DNA of 63,784 bases, filler included, from Craspedostauros australis (lineage: Eukaryota): NCBI GenBank assembly GCA_030167865.1. It is 10 parts of 10 records of this genome, joined end to end, with 100 filler letters (N's around TTAATTAATTAA, not from the genome) between each part and the next. Parts side by side here need not be neighbours in the genome. Positions count along the whole stretch, not along the records: positions 1 to 31,669 come from JALAGF010000711.1; 9 more parts are not named here. One strand, given 5' to 3'. Below, one piece after another: positions 1-10,700 of this stretch. The notes below the pieces were generated by a model. It saw only the letters and a program-made list of their open reading frames with translations. It was not told the DNA's origin and made no database searches. The position numbers were made by a program, and so were the translations under genes. Position 1 is the stretch's first letter. Each line of letters opens with the position of its first letter.

Positions 1-441
1 GCATCCAACGTCAGTGGCAACCTTGACCTCTTCACGATGAATGTTGCGGTCGTACTGCGACGAATGGTTGGTTTGGATCATGCGAGCGAAGTTCACCGTG
101 TACGATGCCCCCGTATGAACGTTCCGCTTCTTCACCACCTTGTTCGAAAGATCCAGCGGGAACGCATGCACTGTACTATCCTTCTTGTATTGCTGAAATG
201 CGCACTCGATTTACTTTGATATGTCGCTGCCGTACGACACAAAGTTCGTGTTCTCCAATCTCATTCCCGTCGCGTGCTTTTGCACGGCGTTCTGGTCCTC
301 CTCCCAGTACCAGGTTACATCAGGGAAGGACATCTTGTTCGATCCTCTCTGATACGTCACGTACTCGTTCACGGATCGAAAGGGGATGGTCTGGGTGACT
401 GCCATGACTCCCATCTTGTTCTGACAGCTGTTCTTCTCCAT
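1..441 (-). pseudogene. WWE-domain coding fragment with an in-frame TAA at 211-213; runs off the window start
   Basis: Reading ORF 211..441 through its stop in the same frame gives VTWYWEED...FVSYGSDISK*IECAFQQYKK...GASYTVNFARMIQTNHSSQYDRNIHR with no further stop to base 1. This matches the WWE pattern W-x-W...Y...IE-x-A-F/Y...Y-x-V-x-F-x-x-M-x-Q-x-N...R. Confidence 0.6.
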
Positions 442-1871
442 GTCGAAGGCTGTGCTGGATGATGAGTTGAAGGGTTAGTCCGGTTGGTCCGACTGATGAA
501 GTTGAAGGTGCAACGTGTAGACGGCCACGCTACGAGTAGAGCCCGTGTTGTGCTTTCGTTTGCTGTGGCCTGCGGTTGATGATCTCATTTGATGATTTGC
601 ATTTGCCTTTGCCTGTGATCGCGGAGAATGGCAGCAATCGCGCGGGGATGTAGGTATTGGCAGTGCTTCATCGATTCCTCGTTCATCCGTGCGATCGTAG
701 AGGGTGTGCGTGATATACGTAGAGATTGGAGTAGATCGTACAGCACGGAGCCACTCCAGTACTGATGAGTACTGTTTGGATGTTGGTTGCATTTGATGCG
801 AGAGTGCAAAGCGATGCGGGAACTGCTCCACCAACGTATTGCTCTTGCCTGACGAATCGTCATCGTGCCATTGTGCTGTCGGATCTGCCTGCATGCCATG
901 TCTGATGCGTGTCTCTCTGCGTATTGGTCAATCTCAGCTGGAAGAGAATGCGATTTGAGCCAGCCGCAGGATAGTGCGGGACTTCCGCAGCCTTGCGGCA
1001 TGCATCCCACAAGAACCGTTGGGTGGGTATCCACTCGAAGACCACCACGCACAGCTGCGAAGCATCGCAGAGTGCCCTTCTGCTGCCGTCTCGTGTCCGA
1101 AAAATTCCCTGTTGAAGTGGTTGTTGTGTGTGGTTTGTGTGTGCGGTTTGTGTGTGCGACTCTCTCTCTCTCTCTGGCGTCAATTCCCCCTTGTTACTCA
1201 TTCGCAAGCGCGGGTTCATGAGCGATCAAACGCCTTTGTGGCCGATCCTCGCTGTTGGCGTGGTCGCCATGACACATGGGCAAGGCGTTGTGTGCAAAAC
1301 AAGAGAGACATTGCATTGGCACTGGTTGTCTTCACGATCTTGATTTTGGCGCGATTTGTCTCTTCGTGATGCGATTCGATCATTGGCAAACACACGCACA
1401 CGCGCACGGCGTTGCGGCTCTGTGCAAAACGTGACGGGGCGGTCAGCAACGACGATCTCACCTCACAACGCTGCACAAAGCAATTCACCTTGCTTTTGCT
1501 TTCGATATATTATAATATAATGTACATGTCCATAACGCGACCATTCCACCTCCGTAAAATACGAACACAGGCAGCATGGCTCGCGGCAACCACATTGGCA
1601 TGTCCATCCTGTGGATCATGATTCTGATTTTTGATTGTATGGCCGCCGTGAGCATGAGCATGGTGGGCCCGTCAGTGGCATACTTGCATGGCACACCATT
1701 GATCTACGACACTCCACTTATGTTGTTGTTGAGTACAGTCTGATAGAATACGATAGTTCTCTAGAGAGTTGTTGGTTTGGTCACTGCAACAAGACAGATG
1801 ACGACAAGCGCTCTCGTGTTTGCGTCCCGGCGCGCCCTGTCGTCCTGCAGCAATCTATTCGCCAATCTCTC

Positions 1872-3572
1872 TTAGAACGCCGCGAATGCCTTCTCCAGCT
1901 TGGCCTTGGTATCTGCCAGAAGCTGCCGATCGGCGTCGTCGGACAGTACCAGCTGCGTGCTGTCGCCTTCCTTGGGGTTGAAGCCGACGGCCAGCAGTAG
2001 ATGCTTGGCGCCAAGGAATGGCTTGACCTTGGTTCTGAAGGCCTTGTTCTCCATGTTGATGGTTTGGAACTTGACCTCCGTGGGCTTGTCGACGACGTTG
2101 GAGATGTAGGCCTTGAGGATCTTGAGGCATTTGCCACCATCACCGCCAGCACGGTAGGCGCTGACCTTGGCAATGTACTCGTCGATCTTGGCGGAGCTGG
2201 CCGTGCTCTTTCGTTTCTTTTGGTTGACGACGGCCGCGCTGCCATCGCCTTCCTCCGCGTCCTTGTCGTACTGGATGGCATCGGGATTGTACCCGTCGAC
2301 ACCCAGCTTCGATGACAACTTCCCCTTGTTGGCCATGCGCTCGCGCTTGTCCTTCTCCAACTCGGCGCGGATTCGTTCACGTTCCCTCTTGTATGCGTCC
2401 TTCTCCCGCTTGCGCGCCTTGGCCTCTCTCTTCCGCTGCTCTCTCTCCATCTCCTCGCGCGTTTTGGCCATCTCCTTGCCCATGAAGCGGCGCTGCTTTT
2501 CCCGTTCGACGTTGTCGACCTTCTCGGCTTCCTCCCGCTGCGCGCGCTTGGCTACCAGCAGCTCTTTGATTTGCGCGATCTTGGCGATCTTCTCCTCCGG
2601 CGTCAACGGTTTGATGCGCTCCGTCGACTCCTCAAAGTCGGAATGACCCGTCTTGTTGGCGTGCAGCTCGAGGTTGGCGAGGTTGGACAGGATCTTGCCG
2701 CATTCGTTACACTTGTACGACTGCGCCTTCTTTCCAGCAGCGACATCATCCGGGATGGGCTGATCGATGTCTATATCCTCCTGATGCTCCATCAGCCACT
2801 CCACTGCAGCCTCCACGGTGGGTCCGTTGCCAAACAGCAGCCCCTTCTGCGCTCTGAGCAGTGTGAAACCCATCTCGCCCGTGAGGGTCTTGATCGCCTC
2901 TTGATCCAGAGCATCCAACGCTGCCGTGGGCGATTCGGTCGTTTCCGCCGCATCCGTCATGGTGGCATCCTCCGACGCCGTTGCCGCTTCCTTTGCCTCG
3001 TCTGGCTTTTCTGCTTCCTTTTTTCCAGCTGGTTTGCTGTCCGTGGTTGCTGCTGCTGCTGCTGCTTCTGCCGCTGGTTCTGTGGTTGTTGTGGCTGCTG
3101 CGGTTGTATCCATCGGCGTCACATCATCGCTCGCAGCAGGAGCCGCAGCCAAACGCGCCAATCGCGCTGCCCGCGCATCCTCCTTGCTGGCGTTGCCACC
3201 ACCCAGAGTGTTGCCACCCGTCGCGGGAATGGCGGAGACGGCGGCCGAAGCCTTGGCAATCTCCTGCTGCAATCCCGTGAAATTGACGCCTTCCACACGC
3301 CCCAGCTCCTTGCCGTTGCCGTAGACAGCGTACGTGGGAAAGGCACGCACGTGGTAGGCGTGCATGTCCTCGCCCAGCGCGTCCTCGTAGACGATGGCGA
3401 ACGGGATGGGCGGCGACTTGGCACCGTACGTGGATGCCATCTGTTCCAGCTGCGGCTTGCTGGCTTTGCAGGGTCCACACCAATGCGCGGAGTACGTGAC
3501 CACCGCAATCGCGTTCGACGAGATGAAGGTCGCCAATTCGGCGGCGCCGGGGAGCTCCTGCAATCCGGACAT
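1872..3572 (-). CDS. Thioredoxin-UBA-C2H2 zinc finger-coiled coil-PUB domain protein (probable p97/CDC48 cofactor)
   Basis: First ATG at 3572 (MSGLQELPG). Trx site AHWCGPCK and VRAFPTY; UBA-like EMGFT...VEAAVEWLMEH; C2H2 YKCNECGK...LHANKTGHSDF; charged coiled coil; PUB-like CLKILKAYISNVV...KFQTINMENKAFRTKV...LLAVGF. Confidence 0.88.
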   Translation of the reverse strand: MSGLQELPGAAELATFISSNAIAVVTYSAHWCGPCKASKPQLEQMASTYGAKSPPIPFAIVYEDALGEDMHAYHVRAFPTYAVYGNGKELGRVEGVNFTGLQQEIAKASAAVSAIPATGGNTLGGGNASKEDARAARLARLAAAPAASDDVTPMDTTAAATTTTEPAAEAAAAAATTDSKPAGKKEAEKPDEAKEAATASEDATMTDAAETTESPTAALDALDQEAIKTLTGEMGFTLLRAQKGLLFGNGPTVEAAVEWLMEHQEDIDIDQPIPDDVAAGKKAQSYKCNECGKILSNLANLELHANKTGHSDFEESTERIKPLTPEEKIAKIAQIKELLVAKRAQREEAEKVDNVEREKQRRFMGKEMAKTREEMEREQRKREAKARKREKDAYKRERERIRAELEKDKRERMANKGKLSSKLGVDGYNPDAIQYDKDAEEGDGSAAVVNQKKRKSTASSAKIDEYIAKVSAYRAGGDGGKCLKILKAYISNVVDKPTEVKFQTINMENKAFRTKVKPFLGAKHLLLAVGFNPKEGDSTQLVLSDDADRQLLADTKAKLEKAFAAF

Positions 3573-5144
3573 CTTGCGGCACTGCTGTAATCGCTTTCTT
3601 TCTCTCAATGGTGCTATGGTATTGCTGTGTGTGGTATTGCTGTGTATGGTATTGCTTGATCTGTCTTTGTGAGCTCTTGATGGGCAGTAAACTCCGACAG
3701 AGTTCAGGTTTGGTTGTGCACACAAGGCAGGGAGCGATCGTGGACTTCTCTTGTGCTGGTGATTTGCGGACGAAGGAACAACGTGGAGAGAGAGAGTCGC
3801 GATTCTCCATCCATTTCCGTGATGTTGGATTCGGATGAGTCAGAATCGAATCACGACGAATGCTGTGGAGAAATACGAATGCACCGACCTCTCCGACTCA
3901 ACTCAGATCTTTCTGACATCTGCCTGTGTCACACAGAACACAAATTGCCCAATCAGATGAATCCAATCAATGTCCATTCACGTCTCGATGACCCCATCCG
4001 CTGGAAAGATCACGAAATGACCAGACCCTTCGCATCGTTCGTTCTTTGTCTGTTTGGCTCTTTGCGGAACTTGTGTGTGTGGGAAAGGAAGCAGAAGCGG
4101 TGAGCAATCAACGACCAACGACCAACGACCAACGATGCAAGGGAGAGAAGAGAAGGGAAGGGCAAACAATCCGAACGCGCAACCTTCACACACACAGAGC
4201 TGCATGTGCATCAGTGCACGACCAGAGAGAGAGAAAGAAACCAGCAAGCGAACACAAATAAATCAGAGTAAAGCAAAATCAAATCAAAATCAACTGCAAC
4301 CATGGATCATTTGGAACCACAGATCGTCGGCCTGGAGCGCTCCTTGATGGTCAAGGTCAAGACCTTGGATCGGTGAGTGTCACTACCAGCTGCTCAGCGA
4401 TGGATATGGTCTGCGTTGTCCTTGTTTCGCTTGTCTGTGGGATACGCATGGAGGCATGTATCCGCATGTGAACCTGCTTGTCTCGTTGTTGTTGCTTTCT
4501 TGATGGATGGACTGGAGTTCGCATGGTTCTTTCCGCATCTTCGACTTGGCAGCGATGGTGGGCGTGTCGAAGATAAACTGCAGCGGCTGGAAGAATGGAG
4601 GTTTGCGGATCTCTTGGAGGATTGCACTCGGATTCGAATGGAACGGTGGCATGGCTGCCACGAACGACGACGATGTTGGTGCGGACATTGCAGATTGGTC
4701 ACGACGAGCAGAAGCGCAAGAAGAGATCGAAGACGAGGAGGCATACGCATCGTGCGGGTTCATCATTCGGGTCCTTCATGGAGGCTTGATTCGGGAATCG
4801 CGGGTGCAGCGTGCTTGTGACCTCGTTGGGGACCGCCTTGTCGCCGCAAATCTACCGCCAATTCAACGACAACATGACCGTGATCCAGAGGCACGCAAGC
4901 CAAGTTTTGCGTTGCAGCCACCACCGCCAGTTTGATTGCGAGATGTGGCAGCCACCCTTGATGGTACCCAGGGTCGTATGTTCAAGGCTTTGCGTAATTG
5001 TATGCGTCTACACATGAGAGTCACCAACCCCCCAACAAACATCTCACAATGAACTGCCACAATCAACTGCCACGCATCGTGCCCAACTCCGCTGCTCTCT
5101 CTCCGTACCCGTATTATTCTCTCTATCCAAACGCCAAATCCCAA

Positions 5145-5377
5145 ATGACGTCGGTTGACAAACGCGCAGTCTTAGCAAGGAATTGACAGAGGCCAAGAAC
5201 AAGCAGTCTGACAAGTCCCTTGCCTCCGACAAGAAGACCTTCCTCAAGGTCCAGATCCCAAAGCTGGAGAAGGAGATCAAGTCCACCAAGAAGAAGGTCA
5301 TCGACCTGTTGGATGCCGAGGAATTGGACCCACGAGGAGAGTACTACGTGTTGGGAAAGAAGCTGACCAAGAAGTAA
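5145..5377 (+). CDS. Possible small Lys-rich protein or gene relic (needs a frameshift near 5175)
   Basis: 5183..5377 has coding-like codon use (AAG/GAC/GTC-rich: KKTFLKVQIPKLEKEIKSTKKKVIDLLD). The upstream ATG (MTSVDKRAVLA) is one base out of frame. No family recognised. Confidence 0.2.
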
Positions 5378-6095
5378 GCGACTATTCCCTGCATCGTCAT
5401 GCGTGCGCAACTTCGTTAGAGCAGTGACGGCTGCAGCGGAAGCGTCGGCAACTGCAAGCATACCAAGAACAATGACAGCGACACCAACCAACTCTACATA
5501 ACAAGCCGGATTATATGTATAGCACAGTTTCGATGTGATGATACGAGTACGACGATGCATTTTGCAAGAGTATCTCCTGCTTACTTGCGGACCATCCAGC
5601 CGTATCTTTAGTGACATAGTAGGAGGCTCGAGGATTGCATACTGTTGCAAGAAGCATCTCCTCCTTCTCCTTCTCATGCCCACTTCGCCTTGAGGTAGAT
5701 CTCTTGGCCATTGAGATGGGTGGAGGAGTTCATGGATGAGCATCGTTCAATACAGTTTCGTTGCGCCTTTAGATTAAACTATGGAGTTCCATGGCGCTAC
5801 GAATACGTGCATCCTCGCGCCGCATGGGTGATGGTGGCCAACCACCGATCGTGCGTCTGTACGGTGGTTCTGATTGATTTTCGGCTAAAAACAAAGCGGC
5901 TCACCGTGTCCTCAGGACGGGTGGCACGAAAAAATCTTCACAACTTCCACTGATGGCATCATAATTCATCAGCCCTTTTCTGCAGCAACAGTAATCACAG
6001 CGTATTAGACGATCTATTCTATTCTATTAATAGAATATTATATTCTATTAGAATACATTAATATAATATATATTGCACTGTCCACGATAACAATC

Positions 6096-7478
6096 ATGAA
6101 GGCCACCACACCAACGCTGGTGCTAGCCATGGTGCTGTTGATATCACTGCCATGCATCCTCGCAGACTCACAGACCCCAAGCAACGCAGGAAGCAACGCG
6201 GCAAAGCAACCAGCATCCGCAACAACCTCCAAGACCTCCATCCCCCTGAGCGCCGATGGGGACTGTCTCAGCCATGGCTGTCCTTTGCTGCCGCTGGACC
6301 TCGGTTCGAAGACCGTGCAGACCGCCACGGACATGCTGCGCGACGGGAAACACACCAGCCTCGCTGCCGAGCTGTCCCTCGCGGCTCTGTCCACGGGAGG
6401 CTCCCAAAACCAGACCGTCATGACGCTGTGCGGATACAAGGGCGGTTCGCGCGCGCATCAGATCAACCAGGATCGCGCCGTCGTCTACGATCCCTTGCGC
6501 TTGGCGGTGCCGGGATTCTCACGATTCGTCGGCGTCTTTGATGGCCACGGCCGATCGGGAGAGATCACGTCGCAACATGCCATGGTCGAGATCCCCAAAC
6601 GACTCTCGCAGCGATTGGCGCAGATCGAGGACGTGCACAATGCCGACGCCGTGGCCCAATTGCTGCAGGACATCTTCGTCGACGTCGATCGCACGGACCC
6701 GACGCGCGGGATGGGCGGTTCGACGGCGTCGTGTATCGTGCAGATAGATGATCGCTTTTACATCGCCAACACGGGCGACAGCACGTCCTTCGTCGTCGCC
6801 ATCGTGCGCGGCATGTGGGTGCAGGTCGTGGCCGAATCGGCACCGCATAAACCCGATGATCCCGACGAGAAGGCCCGTATCGAAGCGGCGGGCGGATACG
6901 TGCATATGCCCAAATCGCCGAACGAGGATGTGCCGCGCGTTTATCACGTCGATGAACAAGGCTATCTGCAGTACGGGTTGGCGATGAGTCGATCGATCGG
7001 CGATCATGCCGTCGTGGGTGCGACGCCCGTGCCGACCGTGACGCAGTTTGATGTCGATGGTCTGCGGCAGATCGCGCTGGATCTCATGGACGATACATGT
7101 TCCGCGGATTATCTTACGCAGCAGGAACGTGCGCGGTGTCTCGACTTTACGGCCGACGATATCGAGCTCTTCAGAGTCAGCATGACGGACGGCATGGCGG
7201 ATTACCTTGGCGTGGAAGAGGTGGCGGCCTCGATGGCCAACGCGTTCCTGGGTCTTCGGCATCCGCATGTGGCGGCGCAGGATCTCGTGCAGAAAGCCGC
7301 GAGTATGTGGAACAGGGATCATCACAACTCCTACCGCGATGACATTGCTATTGCGGCGTGCAAGTTCACCGAAGTGGAGGCCGACTCGCGCAACGATAAC
7401 GAAAACAACGACAACAACGACAACAATGTCGGCAACGACAACGATGGTTCGGACGATGCATCAAAGGATGAGCTATGA
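6096..7478 (+). CDS. PP2C/PPM-family Ser/Thr protein phosphatase with N-terminal signal peptide, acidic tail and C-terminal KDEL
   Basis: Single-exon 460 aa. PPM motifs INQDRA, VFDGHG, GGSTA, IANTGDS, HKPDDPDEKARIEAAGG, GLAMSRSIGDH, MTDGMAD, YRDDIAI. Hydrophobic N-terminus MKATTPTLVLAMVLLISLPCILA. Ends ...DDASKDEL*. Confidence 0.92.
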   Translation: MKATTPTLVLAMVLLISLPCILADSQTPSNAGSNAAKQPASATTSKTSIPLSADGDCLSHGCPLLPLDLGSKTVQTATDMLRDGKHTSLAAELSLAALSTGGSQNQTVMTLCGYKGGSRAHQINQDRAVVYDPLRLAVPGFSRFVGVFDGHGRSGEITSQHAMVEIPKRLSQRLAQIEDVHNADAVAQLLQDIFVDVDRTDPTRGMGGSTASCIVQIDDRFYIANTGDSTSFVVAIVRGMWVQVVAESAPHKPDDPDEKARIEAAGGYVHMPKSPNEDVPRVYHVDEQGYLQYGLAMSRSIGDHAVVGATPVPTVTQFDVDGLRQIALDLMDDTCSADYLTQQERARCLDFTADDIELFRVSMTDGMADYLGVEEVAASMANAFLGLRHPHVAAQDLVQKAASMWNRDHHNSYRDDIAIAACKFTEVEADSRNDNENNDNNDNNVGNDNDGSDDASKDEL

Positions 7479-7798
7479 TGTGGCAGAAGCAGCACACGTA
7501 CAAGCGCTAGAGTAGCCCGTAGTACGAGTATGTATGATGTGGAAGCAACATAGATCTATGTAGTGCTAACTTGTGTATGGTATTCATAGCCTGGGATAGT
7601 ATGGTATTATGTGGATACTGCGTCAATCTGCTTGCATGTGGTTGCTTGTCTTGACTTGTCTCGTTTTGTTAACGTACGCTGTATATGCATGGTTGCTGTG
7701 TCGGCTTGTACATTCCATTCCTTTCTCTCACTCACTCTCTCTCTCTTTCTTGCGTCCACCTTCTCGTCGTGTGCAGGTACGAGTACGTTGCGCAAGCC

Positions 7799-10700
7799 TT
7801 AATAGAAATCTTGGAGAATGATCTGCCGCGAACTGGCGCGTTCCGCGAGCACCATCTGGCGGACGGTATGACCCGACCACACCTCGTGGAAGTGACCGTA
7901 ACGATCGAGATCGAGGTTTAATGGGCGGCCTCGGTACTGCGGTGTCTCGCCGTGACTGTCCACGTACGGACTGTAGATGTACGCCGCCTTGCTGTTGTGC
8001 ATGATGAGCCCGCTGCATTCCTGCAAGAGGAAGAACACGCCGGCGCCTGCGCCGCACTTGTACGAATGCTGCGTGCATTCGCCGTGTCCGCCCGCATTCA
8101 GAACCTCCCCGCAGACCAAGCAGACGGCTGTTTGCTCGGACTCTGGGAGGAGCTGTCCCAGCTCGGCGTACAGATCGGTGTACGAGGTTGGCATCATTGA
8201 GATGCGCGGCTTGGCGTGCGAGCTGTCCATGGATTCGGCCGTGTAGCCACCCAGAAGCGGGACGCACTTTTTGGATGTCAACGTCACGAGGCCCAGAGAG
8301 GGGCGTTGGAACTTGGCCAGCTGATCGCCCGGCGAGCTGCCGGAGGAGGACTGGATCGGGTCGATCTCCATCGGCACCGCGTCGCCATCCTGCGGCTTGT
8401 CGTCGACCGGCGTGTCCATCTTCTCGTTGCCTCGCTTGGACGGCTTGGTGTCGTCATCGACGAAGGGCTTGCACGATTCCATCGGCCAGTCAAACACGCG
8501 GTATCCCTGGGTTCGGAACAAACGGCTGTTCACCACCGTGCCCGTGCCAGAGATGATTTCGCTTGGCAGCGTCGACATCTTCAGGTGCTCGATTGACACC
8601 TTGTACCAGTTGGAGACGATCTCTCGCACCGTGTCGGATTGCAGCATGTCAGTCATCGTGTCCAACCCGAAGAACACACGGAGCTTCTCCAGGCAGTCCA
8701 AGTTCTTATCGCCACAATCCGGATTCGTCGTCGACGACATGTGCTGTTGATTCTGCCCAAACCGACGCACGACGCCAGGTAGCAGGATCTGCACGATGAT
8801 GCCGAAGTCGGACAGGAAGGAACATCCAGCAGCTGCGGCAACCTTCCACCCTTCGTGGAACCGCTCCACGATGGCATTCTCAACATGCTCATTGTCCGGC
8901 ACGTCCGTTGCGTGCGCAGCGCGTTCATCTGCTTGCAATGCAGTTTGCAACAGGGTCAGGCAGGCCAGGATCCAAGTGTTCACCACGTGCGATCCGCTTG
9001 CAGGAGTCTGCTCCTGCTTGGTGCGAATCTTGCCCAACGTCTTGATGACGAACGGAACGATGTCGACTCTGGGGACGTTGTTGAGGCCGCTCATCTCGAT
9101 CTTGCCCAGCAATATCTGCAGCGTGCGAGCCACCCAACCGAGCTGAAGGAAGCCTTCGCAGTCTTCCGCGACGGAGTCGGTCGGTTCCTTGCTCACGCGA
9201 TGATCCGACACGAAGCTTCCGCGTCGCGAGAATGGCACAGGCCACACCACCTCGAGGGAATCACTGCGAGCTCTGGCTCGTCCGCAGGATGCGCACAGCG
9301 CCGCCACGATGTGCGTCAGAACGTGCCCGTACAGGATGGGGAAGGTGATCGGCGATCGATGGTGCCGCACGGAGCTGCCAGGCGCAAAAGTCATGCCCTT
9401 CCCGACAGGGAATTGCATCACGAGTTGCACGAGATCAGCTGCGACAGCTCCAGCTGCCGCCGTGACTGCCAGTCCCAAGTATCGGATCTTGCCGAGTCTG
9501 CCGTTGAAGGGTTGGTAACCATCATCCTCCTCGGCGGACGGCTCCTTCATGATGATCAGCTGGCCGTTGTACAGAGTTTCCGCGATACCGAATTTGGAGT
9601 ACAGCGATTCGATGGTTTCGTCCGACTTTGGTGTGCGAGCAACGTCGTTGGATGTGGCATCGATAGCAGGTTTCAACAGTCGCTGCGCTTCACGCAATTC
9701 GCAGACGGAGCTGTAGGTGAACGCCTGGATGGACATCAGCAACTTCGAGAGGAGCTTTTCGCGAGACAGCTCCTGCCTCTGGTTGTCCGAAAGGGGAGTC
9801 GAGAATACGCAGGATGGCCAGTCCGTGGGTTCCTTTCCCGCGAACCGGTTGGCCATGTTGAATGTGTACTTCTCCACGATGTAGTGTCGGAATTCTCCAA
9901 AGTCGTTGTGCAGATTCTCGTCGCCTAATCGCTTGCCGTCGGCTCGGTAGGAGATGTCGCTGACCTGATCCATGAATCGCCGCCACACCAATGTTTCACC
10001 CGATGTGTCGGACGAGCCCGATCGTCGGGAGACTTGGGCCTCTTGACCTCCCGCGGCACCGGAAGTACCACCACCTGCCGAATCTCGCGATCGCATCCTT
10101 CGCTTCATGAAGCGAGGTGTTTTCATCATGGCATTCCAAGCAGCGTACAGGTCCTTCTTGCGTAATGATCTCACACTTCGCCGCCTCGACATCGCCAGGC
10201 TCCCGCCGCGCTTGAGACCATCGGTCCTGGTCTCTTCCAGCTGCATTGGCGGGGTCAGCATGTCATCGTGCAGGATCTGGTCGATGCCTGAGTTAACGAA
10301 AGCGGAATGGCCGTCCCACGTCGCGCTTTGGATGTGCTTTGAGACCCACCACGGAGTTGTAACGAGAAAGTCATGCAGCTTTTGCCCCGTTATCTGTTTG
10401 ACGTTCGCATCCTCGTTTGAGTGTTCTGATGAGGTTTGCATCTCGGTGATGGGATGGCACACGGTGCTGTCCAACCATGCGACGCCGACATCGATAAATG
10501 GAACAAGGCAGTTGCTCAGGCGCTGGCAGAACGGACAACGGAACTCGTCACGCTTCGTGATGATGCGGTCTTCTCTGTGCGAGACGGATGCGAGATAAGA
10601 TTCCCAGCACTCGCTGTGCACTGCGTGGCCACAAAGCGTGACGTGCGTGCCGACGAAACGCCGCACAGGGTTCAGTTGGGAGTAGAAATCGCTGGACGGT

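Noticed and set aside
4302..4935. Possible two-exon gene (ATG 4302, GTGAGT donor 4373, acceptor 4517)
   Set aside because: In frame, but it needs an atypical GAG acceptor and the product has no recognisable motif.
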